From Folioceros fuciformis (lineage: Eukaryota), in assembly GCA_049999805.1 (NCBI GenBank), contig JBNGIO010006316.1:319034-383033 (forward strand): 64,000 nucleotides of DNA, given 5' to 3'. How positions within the stretch are numbered: the first letter of the stretch is position 1; each line of letters opens with the position of its first letter. Shown one piece after another: positions 25,600 to 41,380 of this stretch. The notes beneath the pieces are model-generated. The model searched no databases, was not told the DNA's origin, and saw only the letters and a program-made list of their open reading frames with translations. The translations under genes and the position numbers were made by a program.

Positions 25600-26928
25600 A
25601 TGGACACAGACAAGGTTGCTGCCCCTGTCGCGACGGTGCCAGAGACGGTGTTGAAGAAGCGAAAGAGGGAAGAGCAATGGGCTTTAGCTAAGAAGGAGCA
25701 GCAGCAGGCAGCCAGGGTCAGGAGCGCTCGTGATCGCAAGATCATCTTCAAGAGGGCGGAGCAGTACATCAAGGAGTACCGGCAACAGGTAGGGATTTCT
25801 GTGGTCGCTGGTCAAAATTTGTTGAGGCAGGTCTCAGCGTCCATATCTTCGGTACCTTTTTATTGGACTCTGATGGATCTGAACTGCTGAACGCTGAATC
25901 TGATAAGCGTGGCGTAGTAGGTCTGAGATTTGTTTTTCGGAATCCGAGGGCGCCGACTGTGGTCGTCGACTCTCAGCTCCTCGTCTCTCTAATTGAAAGG
26001 TTGTGCCTGTCGGTTGAACTTGTAGGAGAATGATCTGATCAGGCTCAAGAGAGAGGCCAAGTTGAACGGTGGATTCTACGTGGAGCCCGAAGCAAAGCTA
26101 CTGTTCGTTGTCCGCATACGGGGGTATTTCGATCTTTTTGCTTCTATCGTTTCTTCCGATTGATGACGTCGTGTTTCAGTAGCATGCCAATAACTCCTGG
26201 ATTTTGCGATGCAGTATTAATGATATGCACCCTAAAACACGGAAGATTTTGCAACTTTTGCGGCTGAGGCAGGTAAGTTCTTTGAGCTGCCTCAGTTTTG
26301 ATTTGAATTATGTTACTCTGCTTGATAGAGACCGTCCGCTGTTGCTAATCGTGCTTGCCCGCCCCAGATATTCAACGGAGTCTTTATGAAGGTCAACAAG
26401 GCTACTGTCAACATGTTGCAGAGGGTGGAGCCGTACGTGACTTACGGGTGGGTATCTTTGTTTTGCGCAAGTCTTTCCTTGCGCTTGGCATGTCATCCTA
26501 GCTGGTGTCAAGTTGTTTGAATTGCTTATTGCTGTCAGCTACCCCAACTTGAAGAGCGTAAGGGAGTTGATATACAAGCGTGGATATGGGAAGTTGAACA
26601 AGGCTCGAACTGCACTTACAGACAACTCTGTCATTGAAGAGGTTTGTGAAAGTTATCCTGTGTGTCCCGAGCTAGGAGCCAAATCTTCCACTCATGGAGT
26701 GCCGGTCTGCAGGCTCTCGGTAAGTACAACATTATATGCGTGGAAGACTTGATCCACGAAATCTACAACGTGGGTCCCCATTTCAAGGAGGCCAACAACT
26801 TCTTGTGGCCTTTCAAGCTGAGCTCGCCGCTGGGTGGTCTGAAGAAGAAGCGCAACCACTACATCGAAGGTGGGGATGCTGGCAACCGGGAGAACAAGCT
26901 TAACAACCTTATCAAACAGATGATCTAG
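25600..26928 (+). CDS. RPL7: 60S ribosomal protein L7 (uL30)
   Basis: Spliced motifs [81 protein letters not shown]. Confidence 0.97.
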
Positions 26929-27663
26929 AAGACGTTTAAAACGTGAAGAGGTAGCAAATTTTTGGTAATCCGACACTAGGATTCCCCAGGATGCCTTCGA
27001 TTGCGCGTCCTTTCTGTATTCGATCCAACGGTGTCGGTGCGTTAGCCGGCTGATGCTATAAAGCAATTTGAGCAATTATGTCGGCTCCTTCTCGCTCTTC
27101 CAAAGTTTGCTAATACCCCGGTCTAGATGCGCAAGCTAGAGTGGTCGGGGCCACACCGTGGCACCTTCTTCCCTTGTGGACATGTCGTAGGGTATTCATG
27201 TCATCAGTTATTGATGTCGGACTTTTAAGCAAGCGTGCCTGACATCACAGTGAAGGAACGAGATACGTGCACCGCTAGAATATGAGAATCCCTTTACTTG
27301 AATACTGGGCATGCTTTCTTTTAGATGTCAGACTATGCTAACATAGTGGAACACAGGTGACCAACAAGGCAGCGCGTCGGCCTAGGTGAAGGCCATTTGT
27401 AGACAAGGGCACGGCGTTAGAGCGAACACGTTGTCCGTAATATCCATAACAAAATAAAATTTAAACAAAAGAATCAGGATGAAATTAATAAAAATAATGA
27501 ATCCAACTTCAAAACTGAAGACTAAAACCCCACTTCGGATTTCACAAGTCCTACCAAAAAAAAGAAATGGATCCAGGGAGCGCCATTCCACTAAATTGAG
27601 TACGGTACACAGCAGTGGCGCAAGGTATAACAAGGGAGTGGCAAGCACCGGTGAGAAGCACTT

Positions 27664-31976
<4,313 letters not shown>

Positions 31977-33094
31977 ATTGTCGTTGTCTCTCGAATTCAA
32001 AACCACAGGCCTTCAGCCCCACAGATCTACCGCCGGCCTGCCTCCACCTCGTTCTCTCTCACCTGGGCTTGCCTTACGCAGTCAACACCCGCCCCAGCTT
32101 CACACAATTCCTTCCCAGCTGCGTACTCTTGCCCGTGCTCCAGCTTATAAGCTCTGTGGGTCGTAGAGGATCTTTCCAAGGCGAATCTATGATGCCCAAC
32201 GCACTCGCAAGCATTTGGATGTGAAGCACTTCATGTGTGTGGTATTTTAGAAGGGTAGCAGTAGTTAAGTCTTCCGTTCTTATTAAGTAATTATGTATAT
32301 TGCAAGTCTAGAGTTGTGGTTATTATAAATCACGGGGAACGAGTACCGTCTTTTTGGCCTGGACTTGGAAGCACGCTAAGGCTCCGGAGCCAAGGCGTCT
32401 GGAGAGAACAACGCTTGATGCTGTTGTTCACGTCTATCAATGAAAGGAAAGACGTTGAAATGCATTGTGGAAGGAATTGTATTGATCACTTGGAAAGAGG
32501 TGTTAAGAGTGAGGACCAAAAGCGCCTGACAGGACGACCATCCGTAGTGTGCCTTTTCAATCTAGGCCATATTATATAACGGAGACCGTTATTTCTAGCA
32601 TGCCCCTTAAGCGAGACGTAAAAAAAAGCTATGAATCGTCAACAAGAGTAACAAGGCCACTACAACAAACTTAATGCTTGAGCTTTGGTACGGCTTTAGT
32701 AAGGACTATCAGCCCATTGATCATTTGTAAGAGTGTATGATGAAGATAATTCTCTAGCCACCATCTTCTCATGAAGGAAGTGAAACGTAGTAATATGTGT
32801 TTAGATTGATTTCATGTCTCACAAAGGAAGTAAAAACGCAGTAATATGTGTTCAAAGCAAGCATGGAATCGTGAAAACGCAGCACTATGTGTTCAAAGAA
32901 ATCATGGAGTTGTGAATTATGAGAAAGTGCGATTGTGGATTGGTTGTCACAAAGTAAGCGAATGTGGCTAGAGTAGGGAAGCCTATGTCATATAGTAGGT
33001 TGTGTAGCTAGATAGATCCTATGGCAACAGGCAACATTTGCTGTATATTCATGCTCAATTGAACTGAAAGCAAACATGTTCTCCTTTTATAAGA

Positions 33095-33490
33095 TTGCCA
33101 GATTATAGTGCTACCCACTATATTAAAAGCATGACCAGCATACGATTGTTAAGAATGTGGATCGCCCACCCAATCTGCATTAGTTTGCCAGCTTATAGTG
33201 CCACTAGCTATACTAAAAACATGACTAATGTACATTGCCAAGAATCTACACCACCCGCCAATGTGCCTCAAGTTGCCAACTTATCGCCCACCCAATCTGC
33301 ATCAGTTTGCCAGCTTATACTGCCACTAGCTATAGTAAAAGCATGAATAGTGTACATTGCCAAGAATCTACACCACCTGCCAATGTGCCTCAATTTGCCA
33401 GCTGATAGTGCCACCAGCTATAGTACAAGCAATGATCAGTGTGCAGCTATCAAGAACTTGGATCTTTTGCCCAATTTGCATCAGTCCAAG
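33095..33490 (+). repeat. degenerate tandem repeat, about 4 units sharing ttgccagcttatagtgccactagcta
   Basis: Recurring blocks visible by eye. Confidence 0.75.
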
Positions 33491-33599
33491 CACAACGATC
33501 ACGTGCAAAATGGTTCTCGTAATAACGAATCCCACTTTGTCAAGTAGACCAAAGATAATGTAAACTCACTTTATAGAGGACTAAGGTCAAACATAAATT

Positions 33600-36106
33600 G
33601 TGCAGTATGAGACCCTAAGAATGCAATATCTAGTTGTGAATTTTGAGCAAGATGCTAAATAGAGCCAATAACTTGATTGTAATGTTGTGCACGCATTTTG
33701 ACTCTGTTAGCATGATTTTGAGGTGATATAGGCTTTTGTCAACTTTGAACTAGCTTGTGCAAAACTATTAATGGTCTTACACTTCTCCATTTTAAACTTG
33801 GTGAGAACATTATCGAATTTCACATCATACGTAGTAATGGTTTGCTTTTGAACCTTGTGCTAGACTTGAATGCTCAAAAAATACTTTAAGGTATCACTGT
33901 CAATCATGAGAAACTCTAAGTTCAATTCAAAACTGCCATATTAAGATTAAAGATCTTAAGTTTATTCTCAAGTTTATCGGTAAAGATACCTAAGTCGCCA
34001 ACATATAAGGCTATGATCACAAGTCTGAAAGTTGAACTCCTTCCTTAGATGTTGCCATCAACAAAGATCTTATGATAGCTAACTTTTATCATGCAATCAT
34101 CATCTTGATCATAACATGCTCTAGGTGACTATTGTCACTACAACATTTCCAAGACATCAAACGCCACTACCACACCTCTTTATGATCTCTTATCACTATG
34201 TCTTTACTTAATAATTCACCGAAGTCGAGCTTGATCCCTCGAGTTTAGGGTTGTGACAGAGCGTTTTTCATCTATCACTGTTACCCTATACTATGCATAC
34301 GGATCCTAGTCCATCCATCTCCCACCGTTGTAGGGCTTCTTATCTCCCTCAGGTCCTGTCTTTAACAATACATCAAGTGTTCCTCTACTTCATAATCGAA
34401 GCATCATCCTTTCATGTGCCAATCACTCTAGTGCTACCACAACTTCTCTCTCATGCCAATCACTCTAGTCCCACCACAACCTCCGTCTCATGTTGATCAC
34501 TCTAGTCCCACCACAATCTTTATCTCATGTCGATCACTCTAATGTCACCACAACCTCTGTCTCATGTCGATCACTTTAGTGCCACTACAACCTCTATTTC
34601 GTGTCAATCACTCTAGTACCACCACAACCTCTGTTTCATGTCAATCACTCCAGTCCTACCACAACCTCTCAATTTCTCTAACAACAAACTTGCTCATAAA
34701 TAGAATATTTTTCCTCTAAAACCCTAGTCTTTTAAGAACACAATAACAACTTACACACCCACGTACACGCACTCACTCACAGCGGGGACTTTCTTTTAGT
34801 CTCTTTGGAGATATGCTCTACCTACTTATAATAGATGCTACTTAATGTATTATGCCAGCCCCCAATTCTTTCCCTAGAGCATAATTGCCGTTACTTCTGC
34901 AAATTTGAAGGTTCGGTTGGTGTAGAAGAAATCTGAGAAGAGTCGACCGCACAGGCCAAATCCTTCCTAGTTTCACACGGCTCTGCATGGCTCCGCCTTC
35001 AAAACACAGACCTTCTGTTGAGCAACCTTTTCAGCCACCTGCGAAGTCCTCAATTTGGCTCAAATCTCTTCCACTTGCTCAAATAGCCTCTGCCAACTTC
35101 GAAAGGCCTCCTTCTCGAACTCGAGGGCCCGATTGCGCTCTTTCCGATACCAGTACCAGTTGACGACGAGTTTGGCTACCCCTCGGATCTTGGGGTCTAG
35201 AATGTCGTAAATCAACCATCCGTTGGTGGCTTTTGCAAAGTCTGCCTGTAGGAGTGCCGTCGCTGCCTCCTTGACATTGTCTTTGCTGGGCTGTGAGTTG
35301 AGGTAGAGCCCACCGCGCTCCTTCGATGGTCACCTATACACGTCCCTCATCATTTGCTCAGTCTATAGCATGTGGTTGTCTCGAACCCTAGCCAAAACGA
35401 CTTTCCCCCGAGCGCATGACAACATCGTCTTGGCGAACTCCCAGACGGTAGCAGGGGAATTGATGCCCATGGAAATTGGAAGACCCCGAGGTCCCACTGC
35501 TCCATCAAATTGCTAGCTGTAGCAATCCAGGGCGCTAGATTGGGGTAGGACCTGGTCTGGATGTGCTCGACGTTGAGCTTTCATGGGCTGTCGATCTCCA
35601 AGAATTGCCCAAGCAACATGGCGGTAGCTGAGGAAGGCGCTGAGGGTGTAGGCAAGGGGGAAAACGAAGGGCACTGGGACACGACAGAGAGCGGCTGGGG
35701 AGAGGTTGCGCGAATAAGAAGAGCGTGGAGAGTCGGAGTGACAAAGTGAAAGAAGAGTGGTGGGCGGGGAGCGAGAAGGAGGTGAAGGAAGATGGGGCGT
35801 ATCGGCCAATGTTAGCAAGAGTAAAGCAAGAGTAAGCACTTTCGCTTCGAGTCTGGTATGCCTCCAACCGTTTGTGGCGGTTACGCCCCGCCATCTGCAT
35901 GATGTCAAAGTACCCGTTCTTGATCGGAGTGGCCTGACAGTTAGTCCTGTGGCTGATTCGGCGGAGCAAACTCCGGCATGCCAATTACTCCGAAGACTTG
36001 ACTCCGCTGCTACTTCTCTGTAGTCTGCCCTGTTTGGTCGGACTCCGGAAAATTACTCTGGTGTACTATTGGAGTAGAGCTCCAATAGATATTTTGGGGG
36101 CTGACA
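33600..36106. mobile_element. LTR-retrotransposon-derived remnants (tentative)
   Basis: LTR-end-like motifs gggttgtgaca (~34258) and ttttgggggctgaca (~36106) plus an embedded minisatellite. No intact coding domain. Confidence 0.3.
34412..34670 (+). repeat. 37-bp minisatellite, about 7 copies
   Basis: Consensus tcatgtcaatcactctagtcccaccacaacctctgtc, head-to-tail with no spacers. Confidence 0.92.
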
Positions 36107-36506
36107 TGCCTCATGACTTTGCCATCTTTGCTTAGTCTAGACAAACCCAAGGCTCTTGTAACACTCCCTATTAGGCTGGTTGTAGATAAAATAAATGGTG
36201 TCTTACAATATCACCCACGAGCATAGCTTGTTTTTCAATCCATGCAAATGAAGATGCGCCATTCTACGGACTTAAGCATTCACTTCCTCAACTTTGGTGG
36301 ATATTCGTGTTCTTCAACGGCCGTGCGATACGGGGATAAAAATGCGTTATGGGTGGAAGAAATAATTTTCATTCTTTCTCCACGTCGTATTGTACCTATT
36401 GTTTTAGGTATAGAAAATCTTCCTACAAACACGTGCTGGGGAGAGGAAGAAGATGTGGAGAATTTCCAGGAGACGGCGATTACGCAGTCGGAGTGACACA
36501 CGGTGT

Positions 36507-36570
36507 GCTGGATCCCTTGGTCGGGGTGTTGGATCCCTTGGTCGGGGTGTTGGATCCCTTGGTCGGGGTG
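36507..36570 (+). repeat. 21-bp tandem repeat x3
   Basis: tggatcccttggtcggggtg(t/c) repeated three times. Confidence 0.92.
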
Positions 36571-36873
36571 CCCGTACCCAGCCGAGGTGTCGGAGGCTGC
36601 GAAGGGACGGACGTCGGGGACGGAGAAGGGGGAGGATATCCTGCGAGGCCAGCTGCGCCCGTTTTGTGTTCCACCTGGGCAGCGCCTGGCTCGAGAGCAG
36701 ATTATTCGTGGCCAATAGAAGGTCTCCCAAACCATTCCTGAGCTGTTGTTGAGCAGCTTCAGGTTCCCAGACTCGAAGAACCTGGCCTCTACCACGCCGT
36801 CCACCTTAGTGTTGCTCTTTGACGACCTACGTACATATTTTGGCCGTAAAGCCTACAACTAAGCCAAAGAACC

Positions 36874-37811
36874 ATGACCAAGGAAAGTAAAGAGATCGCT
36901 GTTCGCCGGCGAATCACCAACATGTATGGTGACGGGCTTGCTCATGGCAGTTGCGACCTCCTCAGCATGGTATGGCTGTGATACTGATGATCGATATGCT
37001 CCAGATACAACAAACAAGGGGAGGATTTTTCTTCACTGAAGGAGTATAATGACTACCTGGAGTACGTTGAAGATTTGAGTAAGTGTCTCTACCGTCTGCA
37101 CTGTACTTTCGGTTTCCTTTTTCCGCTATCCAAGCTGAGAGCTCCTGTGCAAGGCAGTTTTCAATTTGATAGAGGGAGTCAATGGTCCGGCCCTTGAAGC
37201 AGAAGTTGCCAAGTATAAGGAAGCGAATGCTGAGCAGATAGTTGCTTCAAAGGCGAAAAGGGTAGGTTTTCTTGGATGCAAACTGGCCTGATACTTCTTG
37301 AGAGATGTCCCCTTCGAAGCGTGAGGGATTCCTGTGCAGGCTGAAGAACTAGCGGCAGCCTTACGGGCACAGGATGGACCTTCAGGAGGACACCCTGATC
37401 AGGTAAGTGAGGATACCAGATATCTGTAAGTTTTGTTGTTTGCCAAGTCCTGGCGGATCGAGTTTGCAGAAATGGTCATAAGAACGTGGGTTGACCTGCT
37501 CTCTGTGTACCACTTAGCAGATAGAGGAGGTAAAGACAACGCAGGGAGATGAGACTGTAGCGCTAGGCGCAGCGACCCACTACACACCAGCCATCGCATC
37601 GAGTGGGTCTTATATGCAACCTAGGCCAGCAGGACCAACATCACAGCCTGTTCCTCTTGGACAGAACCACTCCAGTTATGAGGAAATGCCAGAGGATGAG
37701 GAAACACGAAGGATAAAGAAAGAGAAAGCAGCAAAGGCTGGAGGGTGGACGCCTGACATTGGGCGGAAACGGGCTTGTGAAGAAGCTTTTGCCAGTCTTT
37801 GGTTAGAATAA
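36874..37811 (+). CDS. MAT1: CDK-activating kinase assembly factor MAT1 (plant short form, no RING)
   Basis: Spliced: KEIAVRRRITNI|YNKQGEDFSSLKEYNDYLEYVEDL|FNLIEG...AGGWTPDIGRKRACEEAFASLW. Confidence 0.9.
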
Positions 37812-38454
37812 TGGACCACAAGGTGCTTTGATGAGTAACTAGTAGCTACGGAAAGGCGTAGTTGTGGTCTTTGCCCTCCGACGTTGCTTACCGATGAACA
37901 GCTCAGCTGCTTCCATTTCCCTCCGAGCATAATGCTTCAGGTCTTCCAGTTATCTATTTTACACTGTACTGGAGAAGTTCGTGGGGAAGAAGGATCTCGT
38001 TCTGAGCCTTTGTGTGCATGCCCTGACGACGAAGGAGGGAATGCTTCAGATTTTTGCGTAACCATACCGTTGGCGCATGTATGTGGCTCATGGCAGGTTG
38101 CCAAAAGAGATGGATGTTTTCATAGCTGCTGAACCAGCCTTCATTTCTGCGCATGCTCAGCTCTAAGGACAGGCTAAGCAGGCCATACTGCTCTATTATC
38201 TCCGCAAGTCAGGTGTGAGGCCGATTATTCGGATGTTAGGAGCTGTCCTGCAGCCTGGCGGAAGGGGACAGACCTGTAGACTTGGCTTCAGGTGCGTGCT
38301 GGCGTGTTGGCAAGTGGGGTTGGGTTCCATCTGTTTGTTTGTCGTTGCTTGGTGCACATGTATGCCATGTGTGGCAGCTACGATGGTGGCCAAAGACGGC
38401 TTGCCCCAGTCCCTCGACAGAATGTGATGGTGTGAGGTGTATAACTTGCGGAGC

Positions 38455-38660
38455 ATGGGTCAGGAGACCCGTGTGACATTTGTGTCCCTCTTGCAGTCAT
38501 GTGCATGTGTTTGCATCATGGCTTTAATAAGGGAAAGCAACTTAACGCACTGCTTGATGAAAGACAGCCTCAAGGGCATCGAGCAATTTGATACAAATGT
38601 ATGCAACAAGGGCGAGGGATCCCTCTGCCTATATATGGCCCTGCAGGAAGAAGAGATCAA
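38455..38660 (+). pseudogene. PPR motif fragment
   Basis: RVTFVSLLQSCA resembles the L-motif ends in the neighbouring PPR genes. The fragment is degraded. Confidence 0.4.
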
Positions 38661-39206
38661 AGACGCCCCCTCCGCTCCTCCACTTTTCACGTAGTGAAGC
38701 CACGCTAAAAGGACGCGTCAAAGTCTAGCATTTATGCCAGTGCTTCCTTCTGGGAGGAGACGCAGGCGGTTCACGTGAGGAGAGAAGGAGCTGGTGTATG
38801 GAAGTAGCCAAACACTGACGGATTCATGTATGTACACCTTTCGGGGCTGGAGTGTGAAATTCATGCAGAGAGTAAGGATGGAACTTCAGGATTGTTTTTG
38901 AGGGACCTCCTGTTCACTATGGGAGTTTTGACGGCCTAGGTCTAGGTTAAATTCCTTTGCGATCGCATTAAGTTAATTGACGAAAGATGGATTGCATCAG
39001 GACAGCGACACCCGATGTTGAACTCAACCATCCCGGTGTTGAATTCGGCGTACTTCGCTTTCGCCGGGGGGCAAGGCTTCGTAGTGCCGGCCGGGCCAAT
39101 GCAGCCCGGTAAGTAATCAGCTCCTACAAGCAATCCCAGAGGTGACGGATGTGGCAGGACAACACTGCAGCTCGACGAGGTCGGTCACGAGTTCTCCAGC
39201 AACACC

Positions 39207-39499
39207 TCAGTTCACCGGGCAGTCGGCGGAGTAGAGAGAAGACGTGAGGCAGGCGGTGTCGCCGCTCGTTTTAGGAATGAGGTTCTAGAACCCTTCTCCA
39301 ACATGTGGAACCCAGGAGCATAAGTCTGGCCCGACATGCCGCGGACAGAGGTGGTGAGTTTGTCAAACTTGAAGCTCACGTCCACATGTACCACGCAGTC
39401 GGCCTCCTAGTCCACACCGTAGTTGTGGATTCTGTTCTCCTTCTCGGATACCGGCACCACCTTGGTCAACGTTGCCACGACTCCGTCCACCGTATATGA
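39207..39499 (-). pseudogene. root cap (LEA-related, Root_cap family) C-terminal fragment
   Basis: VVPVSEKENRIHNYGVD*EADCVVHVDVSFKF...GQTYAP, then TSSLYSADC after a frameshift. Contains an internal stop. Confidence 0.75.
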
Positions 39500-40911
39500 C
39501 TGCTTGTTCACCTCCATGGTCGCCACTGCAGCGTTCTTGTTAGTTCCTGCTATCTGTCTCTGAGTTTCAATCCTGTCTACATCGCTCCACCTACCTGCAT
39601 CTGCGTAGGCATTGGCCATGAGCACATGCTCTGACGGGTTGTGAAGGCCCAGCATAACTATGCTTCCAAAGCACCACATAGCCCTCTTCGTACCCCTGTG
39701 ATTTTTGCATGCACTCAGCAAAGTTTTCAAGCCCACCGCATTACTTTCGACCTCACATGCCAGCAGCGTCTTCTCAGCCTCATCTAAGTCGCCTGCACGC
39801 CCAAGAAGGTCCATCATACAATTGCAATGCTCGAGAGTAGGTGTGATGGCGTGCTGTTCAGGCAAGGAATCAAGTTGCTTGCGACCCTCTTGGACCAGAC
39901 TGTCCCTCGTGACTGCATGCTACCAAAAGGAAGTAGACGAAGCCCCATGAGGCTGGATGCCGGCAATTACCAGACTGCCTTGTGAACGTGACACGTACCA
40001 TACCCAGATAGTAGGGCGGTACATGTCACCAGACCAGAGTGTCCCTCGTGACCGCATGCTACCAAAAAGCAAGTAAACGAAGCACCATGAGGCTGGATGC
40101 CGGCAACTACCAGACTGCCATGTGACCGTCACGCGTACCATACCCAGACGGTAGGGCGGTCCATGTCACCACATTCTTTGTGTTCATGCTGTCAAAACCT
40201 GTCGTGCGTCTCCCGGTTCACCACGTTTCGCATACAGTCATCTCAACGTAATCCACCACAACGTAATCCAACAGACCTCTTTCGGCAATCAGTGAGTGCA
40301 GCGGCCTGCCCTTCTGTAAGGCACCGATGCCTGCACAGGCCTTCAAAAGGCAAGAAAAAGTAACATGGTAAGCCAGTATCAGCCCTAAGGCTTGCTGCTC
40401 CGTTTGGCCATACACAGCTATTGCCTCCTGTCCGAACTTTTGCTGGGTGCATCCGGGAATGAGGGCATCCCATTTCACCCCATCCTTCGAGGCCACGCTG
40501 CCAAATATCTGCCCGGCACTTTCCAGTTCACCACATTTTGTGTGCGTCCACCAGACAGGTGCCCACCACTGTCTCATCCAGCAATCCTCGTTCCACAATC
40601 TGTGAGTGCAGGTGCCTACCCTTCTGCAAGGCACGGGCGCTTGCACAGGCCTTCAAAAGGCAAGCAAAATTAACATGGTCAGTCACAGGCGGGCCCTCCT
40701 GCACCATTTCTTCATAAACTACGAGTGCCTCTCGGCTGAGACCTTGTTGGGCATACCCAGCAATTAGAGTTCTCCATGTCACCCCTTTCTTTTTGGCTAG
40801 GCTGTCAAAAACGTGGCGTGCATCTTTCAGTTCACCATATTTTGCATACATGTCCACCAGGCACCGACAAGTCAGGAGGAATGCCACTGTGCAGCACGTC
40901 AGAGTGCACAT
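39500..40911 (-). pseudogene. frameshifted PLS-E PPR pseudogene, KP-like box
   Basis: Fragments in different frames: LVDMYAKYGELKDARHVFD, FACLLKACA, EHCNCMMDLLGRAG, VLMANAYADAGRW, AGTNKNAAVATMEVNKQ. Interrupted by a duplicated insert. Confidence 0.85.
39902..40171 (+). repeat. ~138-bp tandem duplication inside the PPR pseudogene
   Basis: gtccctcgtga...catgtcacca occurs at 39902-40031 and 40040-40171. Confidence 0.9.
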
Positions 40912-41380
40912 TTTCTACCAGATTCTAAGTCCGCGGCAAATTTGCAAGCCTGAAGGGCAGCTTCAAAGGAGACGATCCTGCCCCTTCACGGCTTGTACTC
41001 TGTTGTTTTTGTGTACATGGTTTCTACGTCTTTTTTATAACAAAGTCAACAGTTCTTCCATTGTACGCCTCTTTCCTAGCGAGCATAGCATGCACCGCAT
41101 ATGATGTCATGCCGTGTCATGCGTGGACAGGACACTTGTTGCATCGCATATACACGCTGGCCACTAACTCGATTCATAGGAGTCATCGGCAGGCGAGTAA
41201 AGAAGGAAGAGGATGCATCTCCTAGAGCTGGAAGCGGATATTGTGGCGACAAATTGCTCTGGACCCCGGAATCCGGTGGAATCACAGGCGGTACGGAAAA
41301 GGAAGGCTCTGTCTGCCTGACTTCCGACTAGGGGAACCTCAGCACGTCCTCGCCGAACAGGGTTTTGTTTGGATGTGGAG

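Noticed and set aside
25866-25930. Possible C/D snoRNA in RPL7 intron 1
   Set aside because: The C box is imperfect (TGATGG), the terminal stem is weak, and I could not identify a guide target.
34412-34670. 37-bp repeats as a CRISPR-like array
   Set aside because: The units are head-to-tail with no unique spacers, there are no cas genes, and the context is eukaryotic. It is a minisatellite.
36626-36728. GC-rich fold-back upstream of MAT1
   Set aside because: The pairings are short and interrupted, as expected by chance at this GC content.
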